This document shows, one piece after another, positions 34,258-42,595 of a stretch of 64,000 bases of DNA; positions within the stretch are counted from its first letter, which is position 1, and every line of letters starts with the position of its first letter. The stretch comes from an uncultured Planctomycetota bacterium (GTDB lineage Bacteria; Planctomycetota; Planctomycetia; Gemmatales; Gemmataceae). The stretch is from NCBI GenBank assembly GCA_963849325.1, contig CAWKHF010000012.1:800001-864000 (forward strand), in the 5' to 3' direction. A program made the translations under genes and the position numbers. The notes beneath the pieces are model-generated. The model ran no database searches. It was not told the origin of the DNA and saw only the letters and a program-made list of their open reading frames with translations.

Positions 34258-34383
34258 CAAATTTCTTGGGAGTCTTACGCTGCGGTGCCGGTACGGAAGG
34301 CCTTACCTTGCTGACTCCGCTGGCTAATCTCCCTTTGATCCTTTTGGAGTTTACAGCGCAGCCTGATGCGCGGAGAAGCGAAT

Positions 34384-37300
34384 ATGATGATTTCCAAACG
34401 GCCGTCCATTGCCCGATCCACTTGTCGCCGAGGGTCCGTCCTGCCCTTGCTGGCCCTTGCCCTCGTGGCCCTGATTGGCTGTGTGGCCCTGGCTGTCGAC
34501 GTGGCGATAATGACCATCGCCAAATCGCAGATCCAAAACGCCGCCGACGTAGCCGCGCTCACCGCCGCGCGCACGCTGACCGGAAATTCGGCAAGCAATT
34601 ATAATGAGAGCTCCGCCACGACGAACGCGCAGAACGCCGCCAGTTACAACCACGTCTTGGGTCAGTCGATTCAAACGTCGCAGCTCCAGCTATCCTACGG
34701 CACCTACGACTACGACCAGACCGCGCAGACCTTCAACGCCAATTTCCCACCGACGAGCGGCATGCCGCTGACCGCCGTTTCCGCGACCGTCACCTCGAGC
34801 AGTTTATCGGCCGCCTTTAGCACCGTCTTCGGAATCCAATTTCTCCCCAATGTCACCGCCACGGCCACGGCGGTCCATCGGCCGCGCGACATCGCCCTGG
34901 TCATGGATCTGTCCGGCTCGATGCGCATGGGCACCTGCCTCGGCTACGACTTTTATACCAGCTCACGCACCACGAACAACCCCGATACCCTCTACCCGAC
35001 ATTCGGACAGTATTCGTCCGGCAGCGCCGGCATGCAAGGCCCCAGCACCAATCAAACGTCCAGCTTCGATAACTACACGATCTCCCCGAGTAATACCACC
35101 GCTGCCAATTCCTCGTATTCCTTGACCTATGTGAACAACTTCTATCAAAACGCGGCCTATGCGAACACCTTGGTCCGCGCATTTGATTCGTATACCAGCA
35201 CGGACGGCGGGGTTACCTGGACCGCCCCCACTTCGGGGAGTCCGCAGCTGCCTCCCACCACGTACGCCTCGAAGCCGGGGGGAGACGTGCCTCTTTACAA
35301 GAATGGCAGCACGACGACTTATGCCACGAATGTCAACGACGTTGTGAACGGGACCACGCGGAACAAGTGGTGGGAGCTGGACGGTTACTCCGGTTGCACG
35401 AACGGTTCGTTCAACAATGCGGACCTGGGGACCAGTACCTACGCGAGCGGTTCCTTTAACGCTTATACGCAGGGTCCCGCCTACTACGGCAAGACCTTCT
35501 TCACCTGGCCCCCCGACCCGCGCCAGCCACTGACCACGGCGAACAACTCCACCCAGATCAATCAGTTCTTGCAAGATTTCGGCTACAGCACCAGCACGGA
35601 TTTCGCCAATGCCGCCTTCACGACCACGCTGGCGCAGAAAATATCGTCAACGAATAAAACCTCTATCTCGATCAATTCCGCGACACCTTTCCCGGTAAGC
35701 GGTCTTCCGACAACGTCGTTTCGTATTCTTGTCGGTTCGGAAGTCATGCTGGTAACGGCCGCATCGGGACCAGGGAACAAGACCTGGACCGTACAAAGGG
35801 GCATGGACGGGACCACAGCATCAACATACCCTGCGAACACGACGACGGTCAGTCTGTTGACCGGGCCACCCCTGTACGGGATCTATGGAGTCACCACGAC
35901 TTCGGGCAGCCAAAACTGGCCCTGGCCCAATGACAGTGGCACCACACTCAGCAATTACTTGACCAGCAAGGTATACGTGCCCGTTTCTTCCGGCGCTACC
36001 GCCCGTTTGCTCCAAACCACGGATGCGGTTTATCAGAAGATCATGCGCCTTTACAACTGGAACTACGTGGTCGATAACTACAACTCGGCGGGGAGCGGGA
36101 GCAGTTACCCCGGCACCACTCCCTGCGATTGGCGCATGCGCTTCTTCGGCACCAACGACAATACCAAGCTATTCAACTCTTCCGGGTTGTTGAACTTGCC
36201 GAGCAGTTCCACCTACACGATTAATTACAATGAGATCCTGCGCTGGATCGCCACCACGCCGAACCCCTTCCCGCAGCAGATGCGGGCGGGCCGCGTTAAG
36301 TTTTATGGATCCATCCCGACCCAGATCACGGGCAGTTGGCCCAGCTACGGCAGTACGGACCAGCAGTTCTGGAAAGAATTCATTGACTACGCGCTCGGCC
36401 TCCGGCAAACGAGCGCGACCAGCTACCAGGACATCAGCGCCATGGCCGGCTACGGCAGCGATTTCACCTGGGGAACTACGAAAACCAATTCTCCTCCTTC
36501 TGCCACGCAATACATGAATTATTCGGACAATCCTGCCCGCCCGCGGCTCCGCTTCTGGTTCGGTCCCATGAACATGGTCGATTATCTGCATAATTACAAT
36601 ATGGAGGAAAACGTCTCCGGCTATTATTTCCTTCAGCCAGGGGATACTTACGAGGCTCCGGTCTACACGGCCAAACAGGCCTACCTGGCCTCGATCAGCA
36701 CGATGCAGACCAACCATCCCAACGACTGGTTCACTACCGTTTGTTACAGCTGGCCTCGCGGTTCGTCGAATGGGACCGTGGCATCGAATATGGGTCAGGG
36801 GCGCTTCAATTGCGTGCGGTCCCCGCTCGGGCCAAATTACAGCTATGCCAGCGCCGCTCTCGTTTTCCCATTCTCCACCATCAACGCCGATGGTTCCGCC
36901 AATAGTACCGAGATCACTCCCTACGATACCGATCCTGCCACGAGCCAGGTTCCTTCGGCCAACTTCGTGGACACACCGCGCGCAGACGGAGATACCTGCT
37001 TCGCCATGTCGCTCATGCTCGCTTACAACCAGTTCGCCACCACGTCGCCCTCGGATGGCACCTTACGCTCCTTCGTCACGTCCACCCCCATCACTTTCCC
37101 GACGGGCATGGCGGGAGGAATGGGGCGCAAAGGAGCCCAGAAGGTCATCATCTTTGAAACGGATGGCCTGGCGAATACCTCCGCGACGGCCTCTCTGGTG
37201 AACATGGGATCGTACAAGTATTACAAGATCCGCTATGACATGAATAAGCCGAGCTCCAGCGAATACCCGACGGTCGGCGTATCCGTCATCAATGACTCCA

Positions 37301-37599
37301 ATGTCTTGAATCAGATTAATACCCTGGTCCAACAGCTCGCGAGCGATTACGGCACTTCGAGGAACCCCTTTCGGTTGTACGCCGTCGGATTCGGCCCTGT
37401 GTTCCAGGGTCCAAACGCCAGCTCGGCGTCGCAAACATTGCAAAACATGCAGTATTATGCCGGCACTCAGAGCAGTCCTTCCACAGCCTTGCCGCCCGCT
37501 CAAATCATTACGGGAACGGACTCCCAGATGTCGGCGAACATGAACACCACCTTCACGAACATCTTACAAAATGGAGTGCAAATCGCCCTGACCAAGTGA
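34384..37599 (+). CDS. tadG: large TadG-like pilus-associated adhesin with a split vWA domain
   Basis: RRG/SVLPLLAL, QNAADVAALTAA, DLSGSM MIDAS motif, later IFETDG and LYAVGFG; rich in S/T/N/Y. Confidence 0.8.
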   Translation: MMISKRPSIARSTCRRGSVLPLLALALVALIGCVALAVDVAIMTIAKSQIQNAADVAALTAARTLTGNSASNYNESSATTNAQNAASYNHVLGQSIQTSQLQLSYGTYDYDQTAQTFNANFPPTSGMPLTAVSATVTSSSLSAAFSTVFGIQFLPNVTATATAVHRPRDIALVMDLSGSMRMGTCLGYDFYTSSRTTNNPDTLYPTFGQYSSGSAGMQGPSTNQTSSFDNYTISPSNTTAANSSYSLTYVNNFYQNAAYANTLVRAFDSYTSTDGGVTWTAPTSGSPQLPPTTYASKPGGDVPLYKNGSTTTYATNVNDVVNGTTRNKWWELDGYSGCTNGSFNNADLGTSTYASGSFNAYTQGPAYYGKTFFTWPPDPRQPLTTANNSTQINQFLQDFGYSTSTDFANAAFTTTLAQKISSTNKTSISINSATPFPVSGLPTTSFRILVGSEVMLVTAASGPGNKTWTVQRGMDGTTASTYPANTTTVSLLTGPPLYGIYGVTTTSGSQNWPWPNDSGTTLSNYLTSKVYVPVSSGATARLLQTTDAVYQKIMRLYNWNYVVDNYNSAGSGSSYPGTTPCDWRMRFFGTNDNTKLFNSSGLLNLPSSSTYTINYNEILRWIATTPNPFPQQMRAGRVKFYGSIPTQITGSWPSYGSTDQQFWKEFIDYALGLRQTSATSYQDISAMAGYGSDFTWGTTKTNSPPSATQYMNYSDNPARPRLRFWFGPMNMVDYLHNYNMEENVSGYYFLQPGDTYEAPVYTAKQAYLASISTMQTNHPNDWFTTVCYSWPRGSSNGTVASNMGQGRFNCVRSPLGPNYSYASAALVFPFSTINADGSANSTEITPYDTDPATSQVPSANFVDTPRADGDTCFAMSLMLAYNQFATTSPSDGTLRSFVTSTPITFPTGMAGGMGRKGAQKVIIFETDGLANTSATASLVNMGSYKYYKIRYDMNKPSSSEYPTVGVSVINDSNVLNQINTLVQQLASDYGTSRNPFRLYAVGFGPVFQGPNASSASQTLQNMQYYAGTQSSPSTALPPAQIITGTDSQMSANMNTTFTNILQNGVQIALTK

Positions 37600-37631
37600 C
37601 GCGGGTCGTGATGACCGTGCCGAATCGCTCA

Positions 37632-38405
37632 TCACGGCTTCGTGGAGACGTGGCCGTCGATCGCCTGCAACACCTCGTCCGGCGAGAGCCGGGCGATCAC
37701 CTCGGGGGAACGATACAGCCAGCGCACGGTGCCGTCCTGGTCCACGAGGATCGTCGTTGGCGCGTCGGTATCGCCCCCATCGGGTGCCGAATGCGGATGA
37801 ATGACTCCCGCCGCCTCGGACAGACCGCGCTGCTCATCGGCGAGCACGAGCAGGTGCGGGAAGTCCGCCTGTGTCTTCCCGGCGTCCTCGAGTCCTTCCA
37901 CGGAAACCACCAGGACGCGGACGTTCCGCTGGGCGAAGTCTTCGTGCCGACGTTCGAGCTGACCTAGCTCGATCATGCAAAAGGGTCACCAGCGGCCGCG
38001 GAAGAAGACCAGCACGCTGTTCTGCTCGCCGATCAGGTTTTGCTGCGTGAACGGGGTGCCGTCCGCCCGCGCCGACGCGAATGGGGGAAAGGGCTGCCCA
38101 ACAACGATCGGCCCTGTGTACGCCGGCAGTCTCGCCGCTAGCAGGAACGTCCACGCGGCGCCGGCAAGCAGCGTCACCAAGACGAGGGCAAGTACACGCC
38201 AGACGGAACGCCTCTGCCAGAGCGAGACGACCACGAAAACCAGGCCGACGGTTGCCATGATCGGCACGTACCAGGGTGCCGTCAGGCGCTGCGCCTGGAT
38301 TTGAAGGACGTAGCCGATTACACCCAGGGCGGCCAAAGTGAGGCCCAGGGCCAGGAAGAGGCGGCCGGGCGAGCGACGCGGTGCGACAGCGGATGAAGTA
38401 GTCAT
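37632..38405 (-). CDS. membrane-anchored AhpC/TSA (peroxiredoxin-like) protein with in-frame UGA, predicted selenocysteine in a UxxC motif
   Basis: ORFs 37986-38405 and 37632-37976 share a frame, joined by ...VFFRGRW-TGA-PFCMIEL...; three N-terminal TMs; downstream VVS, LAD and PTTILVD motifs. Confidence 0.85.
37954..37972 (-). promoter_or_regulatory. candidate bacterial SECIS hairpin
   Basis: mRNA UCGAGCU-AGGUC-AGCUCGA, 7-bp stem starting 13 nt after the UGA. Confidence 0.6.
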
Positions 38406-38476
38406 GTCGTCATTCTATGACAGGGGCGGTTGGCGAGGGAGGCCGCACATCCGCTGCGTCCCAGGGTGGAAGGAAG

Positions 38477-38548
38477 AGTGTCCGGCGGGAGTCGCACCCG
38501 CCTATCCGACGCGGCAGGTCGGTGCCTCGGCTGCTCGGCCACGGACAC
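38477..38548 (-). tRNA. tRNA-Gly(GCC), array member, atypical T loop (TGCGA)
   Basis: GTGTCCG/CGGACAC acceptor, CCGAC-CT GCC GC-GTCGG. Confidence 0.75.
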
Positions 38549-38553
38549 AAGAG

Positions 38554-38623
38554 CAAGGACGGAAGGAGTCGAACCCTCGGCGCCTGTTTTGGAGGCAGGC
38601 TGCTCACCCAGGAGCACGCCCTT
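38554..38623 (-). tRNA. tRNA-Trp(CCA), array member, short D arm
   Basis: AAGGGCG/CGTCCTT acceptor, CCTGC-CT CCA AA-ACAGG, GGTTCGACTCC. Confidence 0.75.
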
Positions 38624-38633
38624 GTCGAACCAG

Positions 38634-38706
38634 CTGCCCCGGCAGGACTCGAACCTGCAACCGTCTCGTTAACAGCGAGCCGCTCTACCGTTTGAGCTAC
38701 AAGGCA
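38634..38706 (-). tRNA. tRNA-Asn(GTT), array member
   Basis: TAGCTCAAACGGTAGAGC D arm, CTCG-CT GTT AA-CGAG, GTTCGAGTC. Confidence 0.9.
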
Positions 38707-38726
38707 AGCAGACAGAAATGCCTCAG

Positions 38727-38799
38727 AGACGCCGGCAGGAGTCGAACCTGCTTCGATGTCGGGTTGCGGCCGACCGCCTGGCCGTCCGGCCCCGGCGTC
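38727..38799 (-). tRNA. tRNA-Cys(GCA), array member, C33
   Basis: GACGCCG/CGGCGTC acceptor, U discriminator, GTCGG-CC GCA AC-CCGAC, GTTCGACTC. Confidence 0.75.
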
Positions 38800-38811
38800 A
38801 TAACAGACAAG

Positions 38812-38884
38812 GGCCGGCGGTGGGACTCGAACCCACTTGGTCCGCGTTACGAAGGCGGTGCCCGGCCCGTCGAGCATCGCCGGC
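38812..38884 (-). tRNA. tRNA-Thr(CGT), array member
   Basis: GCCGGCG/CGCCGGC acceptor, CCGC(C)-TT CGT AA-(C)GCGG, GTTCGAGTC. Confidence 0.7.
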
Positions 38885-38893
38885 TTTGGTCAG

Positions 38894-38962
38894 CAGCCAG
38901 TGCTGGTGTCGAGCCAACTGGACCGAGGTTCAGAGCCTCCGTCCCCTGCCGAGGGCCTGGCT
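38894..38962 (-). tRNA. tRNA-Gln(CTG), array member, degenerate
   Basis: AGCCAG/CTGGCT acceptor, GAGG-CT CTG AA-CCTC, T loop CTCGACA. Confidence 0.55.
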
Positions 38963-38972
38963 GACGTGCGAG

Positions 38973-39045
38973 GGTGGCCGGCGGGAGTCGAACCCGCACA
39001 ACCCCGGTTCACAGCCGGGTCTCGCTGCCGCTTGAGTTCGGCCAC
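38973..39045 (-). tRNA. tRNA-His(GTG), array member, no encoded G-1
   Basis: GTGGCCG/CGGCCAC acceptor, C73, CCCGG-CT GTG AA-CCGGG, GTTCGACTC. Confidence 0.8.
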
Positions 39046-39047
39046 AG

Positions 39048-39119
39048 TGCTTCAACCTGGAATCGAACCAGGAACTCGGCCTTCGCAGGACCGCGTGATG
39101 TCCCTTTCACCATCGAAGC
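39048..39119 (-). tRNA. tRNA-Arg(GCG), array member
   Basis: GCTTCGA/TTGAAGC acceptor, CGGTC-CT GCG AA-GGCCG, GTTCGATTC. Confidence 0.8.
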
Positions 39120-39126
39120 AACACAG

Positions 39127-39198
39127 TACCCCGGCCAGGAATCGAACCTGGACCTGCTCCTTCGGAGGGAGCCATGATGTCCCTTTCACCACCAGGGC
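39127..39198 (-). tRNA. tRNA-Arg(CCG), array member
   Basis: GCCCTGG/CCGGGGT acceptor, GCTCC-CT CCG AA-GGAGC, GTTCGATTC. Confidence 0.8.
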
Positions 39199-39210
39199 AA
39201 CACGAACCAG

Positions 39211-39293
39211 TGACCAGGGAGGGACTTGAACCCTCACGCCGCGGTGGGCACGGTCTTCTGAGGACCGCGTGTCTGCCATTCCACCACCTGGCC
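39211..39293 (-). tRNA. tRNA-Leu(CAG), array member, long variable arm
   Basis: GGTGGAATGGCAGACAC D arm, CGGTC-CT CAG AA-GACCG, GTTCAAGTC. Confidence 0.9.
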
Positions 39294-39305
39294 ATTTACC
39301 AACAG

Positions 39306-39378
39306 TGGACCGTGGAGGGAGTTGAACCCTCATTTGCCGGGTGCAAGCCGACCGTCTTCCCCGTTAGACGACACGCCC
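39306..39378 (-). tRNA. tRNA-Ala(TGC), array member, one-base acceptor bulge
   Basis: G3.U70 retained, GTCGG-CT TGC AC-CCGGC, GTTCAACTC. Confidence 0.75.
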
Positions 39379-39392
39379 GGGAGAAAAAGCAG

Positions 39393-39465
39393 TGGCCCCG
39401 GTGGGGATCGAACCCACATCGCCCTGTTTAAGAGACAGGTGCTCCGCCAATTGAGCTACAAGGCC
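39393..39465 (-). tRNA. tRNA-Lys(CTT), array member
   Basis: TAGCTCAATTGGCGGAGC D arm, CCTGT-CT CTT AA-ACAGG, GTTCGATCC. Confidence 0.9.
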
Positions 39466-39475
39466 ATTCGGGCAG

Positions 39476-39555
39476 CGTGTCGGGCAGGAGTTGAACCTGC
39501 ACAGCGAATGCGGGTGGGTTACAGCCACTTGGGCTCGCCAGTGCCCAGCCGACAC
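39476..39555 (-). tRNA. tRNA-Tyr(GTA), first gene of the array
   Basis: GTGTCGG/CCGACAC acceptor, GTGG-CT GTA AC-CCAC, variable arm, GTTCAACTC. Confidence 0.8.
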
Positions 39556-39574
39556 GTCTGGTCCGTACATCTTG

Positions 39575-39602
39575 TAGACGTAGGCACCCGGCCGGAGGTT
39601 CA
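39575..39602 (-). promoter_or_regulatory. candidate ECF-sigma promoter of the tRNA array
   Basis: TGAACC-N16-CGTCTA ending 19 nt before tRNA-Tyr. Confidence 0.55.
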
Positions 39603-39822
39603 CGGATCCAAGCGAGATTTTTCGAGAAGCAACGGGGGCCACATGGGCAAAGTGGCAAAGCGCGTGCGTCTCCATCGGATGTACCGGATAAGCCTGTTGC
39701 GCCGGAGAGGAGTCAATTCCGTCCTTCCTCCATGCCGATAAAGAGTGATGGGCCGCGCGATCTGCCCGCATTGGTCCCGAGACGGGGAAGGCGCGGAAAG
39801 CATCGGCTCGGGAGGGAACGTC

Positions 39823-41249
39823 ATGCTGTTCTGCTCGTTGGAATTCCTGTTCTTCTTCAGCGCCATTCTGCTCGTCTACTGGCTCATCCCCGGCAAGACG
39901 GCTCGCATCTGGTTGCTGCTGGTGGCCAGTTTCTGCTTCTACGCGGCGTGGAACACCTGGCTGGCCTTGCTCATCAGCGTCACGACGGTCATGGATTATT
40001 TCCTCGCCCTGGGCATCGACCGCGGCACCTCGGAGGTCCGGCGCAAGCTGCTCCTGGCCGTCAGTCTCGTGGTCAACCTCGGCGTGTTGTGCTATTTCAA
40101 GTACGCCAACTTCTTTCTCGATTCGCTATCCGAGATTCTGCACGCGCTCGGCTCGTCGGCATCGCTGCCGCTGCTGGAAGTGATCCTTCCGGTCGGTATC
40201 TCCTTCTACACCTTCGAGGCCATCAATTACACCGTGGACGTCTACCGTCGCAAGGCGCCCGCGGAGCGGAACCTGGGGCACTTCATGCTGTTCATCCTGT
40301 TCTTTCCTCATCTGGTGGCCGGGCCGATCGTCCGCGCCCGCGACTTTTTGCCGCAGATCAAGCGGGCCAAGCGCTTCAGCTGGCCGCGCATGCAGCTGGG
40401 GCGCAGATCTTCCTCATGGGGCTGTTCAAGAAGTTGGCCATCGCCGATCGCATGGCCCTCTACGTCGATCCGGTGTTCCACGACCCGTTGTCGTTCCACT
40501 CGAAAGCGGTGTGGTGGGCGGTGCTGGCCTACGCCCTGCAAATTTACTGCGACTTCTCCGGCTACACCGACATGGCCATCGGCACGGCGCACATGCTCGG
40601 CTACAAACTGGCCGAGAACTTCAACATCCCGTACATCTCGGCCAACGTCTCGGAGTTCTGGCGGCGCTGGCACATCTCGCTGTCGAGTTGGCTGCGCGAT
40701 TATCTGTTCATCCCACTGGGCGGCAGTCGCGGCGGCACCTGGAAGACCAACCGCAACCTGCTGATCACGATGACGCTGGGCGGCCTGTGGCACGGAGCGA
40801 GCTGGACGTTCGTCTTCTGGGGCGTGCTGCACGGCCTGCTGCTGATCGGGCACAAAGCGTTCCAGGGATTTTGCACGAAACGGCCGATGCTCGAGCGCGT
40901 ACTGCGCTCGGCGCCGGGGACGTTGCTGCGCATGGCGCTGACGTTTGCCAGTGTGTGCGTCGGTTGGGTCTTCTTCCGGGCGACAACCTTCGCCATCGCC
41001 GCCGGTGTGCTGCGACGCCTGGTCAGCTTCACTCGTGCCGGGGCGCCGACGCCGATGCCGATCACCGGCTTCGTCCTGACAATCGTGCTGGTGGTGCTGT
41101 GCCATTTGGTTCGCCGCTTCGACCTGTGGCGGCGATGGCAGCCGAGCCTGCCGGCCCCCGTGCTCGGCTTCAGCTACGCCGTGGCGGTGACGCTGGCGCT
41201 GATGCTCGCCCCATCGGGGACCAAGCCGTTCATCTACTTCCAGTTCTGA
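39823..41249 (+). CDS. MBOAT O-acyltransferase (AlgI/DltB-like), copy 1; frameshift near 40400
   Basis: LPVGISFYTFE, FFPHLVAGPIVR, YCDFSGYTDMA, FWRRWHISLS, GLWHGA, PFIYFQF. Confidence 0.9.
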
Positions 41250-41266
41250 GAAGAGATCGACCGAAT

Positions 41267-42364
41267 ATGAATGGTCGTCAAAGTCGCATTTTGCGAAGGT
41301 CGCGGCCCGCCCTGTTGTGGTCCTTGTTCTTCTTTCTCGGCGGTCAGGTGATCGCGGGACGTCTCCTCTATCAGCGCCATCCGGACCTGTTCGATCCGGA
41401 ATTCCACCTCCGGCTGCACGACCTGGAATCGCGGTTGGCGGAAGTGCCCGGCCGGCCGCTGGCGCTGGCCGTGGGCAGCTCGCGCATCGCCTGCGGACTG
41501 CGGCCGGCCTGGGCCGACGACGCGCACACACCAGGCGGAACGGAGGCCGTTCTGTTCAACTTCGGCATGTTGGGAGGAGGGCCCGTCCGCGAGCGGATGG
41601 TGTTGCACCGTTTGCTCCGCACCGGGGTGCGGCCGAAATGGTTATTCGTTGAGGTGTGGGCACCAATGCTCCTGCAGGAAGGCTTCTTCCACGAGGAACC
41701 GCGCATCTTCCGCCAGGAGTTGTACTGGCCGGACCTCACCGTGATCGCACGCCTGTATGACCGCACGGGCGAATCGCTGCGCCGGCTGCTGGAAACGACC
41801 CTGGCGCCGCTGGTCCATTACCGTCAACCTCTACTGGCGCGCTACGCGGACTGCCTGATGCCGCCGTCCTTTTGGGCCGAGCAGAATCGAGAGGGCTGGG
41901 CGGGGCTAGACGACTCGGGATGGTTGACGCCCCACGAGCGCCCCAATGCGGCGGGCTTCGCCCTCCTGCTGGAGTATGGAAAGAGTGTGACCAAGCCGCT
42001 GCTGGACGACTTCCGCGTCAGCGCCATTTCGGATCGGGCATTGCGCGATCTACTGGCGGAATGCCAGGCCAACGGCATCCAGCCCATCTTGTTCCTCATG
42101 CCCGAACCGGAGGCGCTGCGGAGCTGGTATCCGCCGGCGACCCGCGCTGCGCTGACGGCCTACCTGCGGTGCCTGGCCAGGGATGGCCGGATGCCGGTGA
42201 TCGACGCCGCGGCCTGGTGCGGCGATGACGAATTCGCGGACTCCTGCCATCTGACATCCGCCGGCGCCCGCTCCTTCAGTGCGCGTTTCGGCCGCCAGGT
42301 TTACTGCCCGCTAATCGCCGGTCAACCTCTGCCGTGCGACGTTCTACTCCGCGATTCGCCGTAG
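41267..42364 (+). CDS. SGNH/DUF1574-like periplasmic partner of the MBOAT
   Basis: N-terminal TM, VGSSR, FNFG, FADSCHL..GA. Confidence 0.7.
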   Translation: MNGRQSRILRRSRPALLWSLFFFLGGQVIAGRLLYQRHPDLFDPEFHLRLHDLESRLAEVPGRPLALAVGSSRIACGLRPAWADDAHTPGGTEAVLFNFGMLGGGPVRERMVLHRLLRTGVRPKWLFVEVWAPMLLQEGFFHEEPRIFRQELYWPDLTVIARLYDRTGESLRRLLETTLAPLVHYRQPLLARYADCLMPPSFWAEQNREGWAGLDDSGWLTPHERPNAAGFALLLEYGKSVTKPLLDDFRVSAISDRALRDLLAECQANGIQPILFLMPEPEALRSWYPPATRAALTAYLRCLARDGRMPVIDAAAWCGDDEFADSCHLTSAGARSFSARFGRQVYCPLIAGQPLPCDVLLRDSP

Positions 42365-42381
42365 TAGGAAACCTTCTTTCG

Positions 42382-42431
42382 GAGCCGGAAGCGTAAGCGA
42401 AGGAAGATCCCTTCGCTTACGCTTCCGGCTC
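42382..42431. repeat. REP-like palindrome
   Basis: gagccggaagcgtaagcgaagg...ccttcgcttacgcttccggctc. Confidence 0.9.
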
Positions 42432-42595
42432 GGAGCGACGTTCACTTGCTCGGGCACGAGGGGCCGACCATACGGGTTGTCCCGGCGCGAACGATCGTGC
42501 CGATTTTTCTGAAGACGAGGCCGGGCGGATGCCGATTTTCTCGGTCGGAGGTGTCTCCTCCTCCGCGGTCTCCTCGCTCACGACAGGACGTTGTC

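Noticed and set aside
32343-37599. Integrative element at tRNA-Arg(CCG)
   Set aside because: No integrase and no duplicated tRNA 3' end (att site) found; only a composition shift
38477-39555. tRNA-Sec or a suppressor tRNA in the array
   Set aside because: No TCA or CTA anticodon and no Sec-type long acceptor or variable arm among the 13 genes
38338-39771. Several predicted ORFs on both strands
   Set aside because: They are shadows of the tRNA array and have no protein motifs
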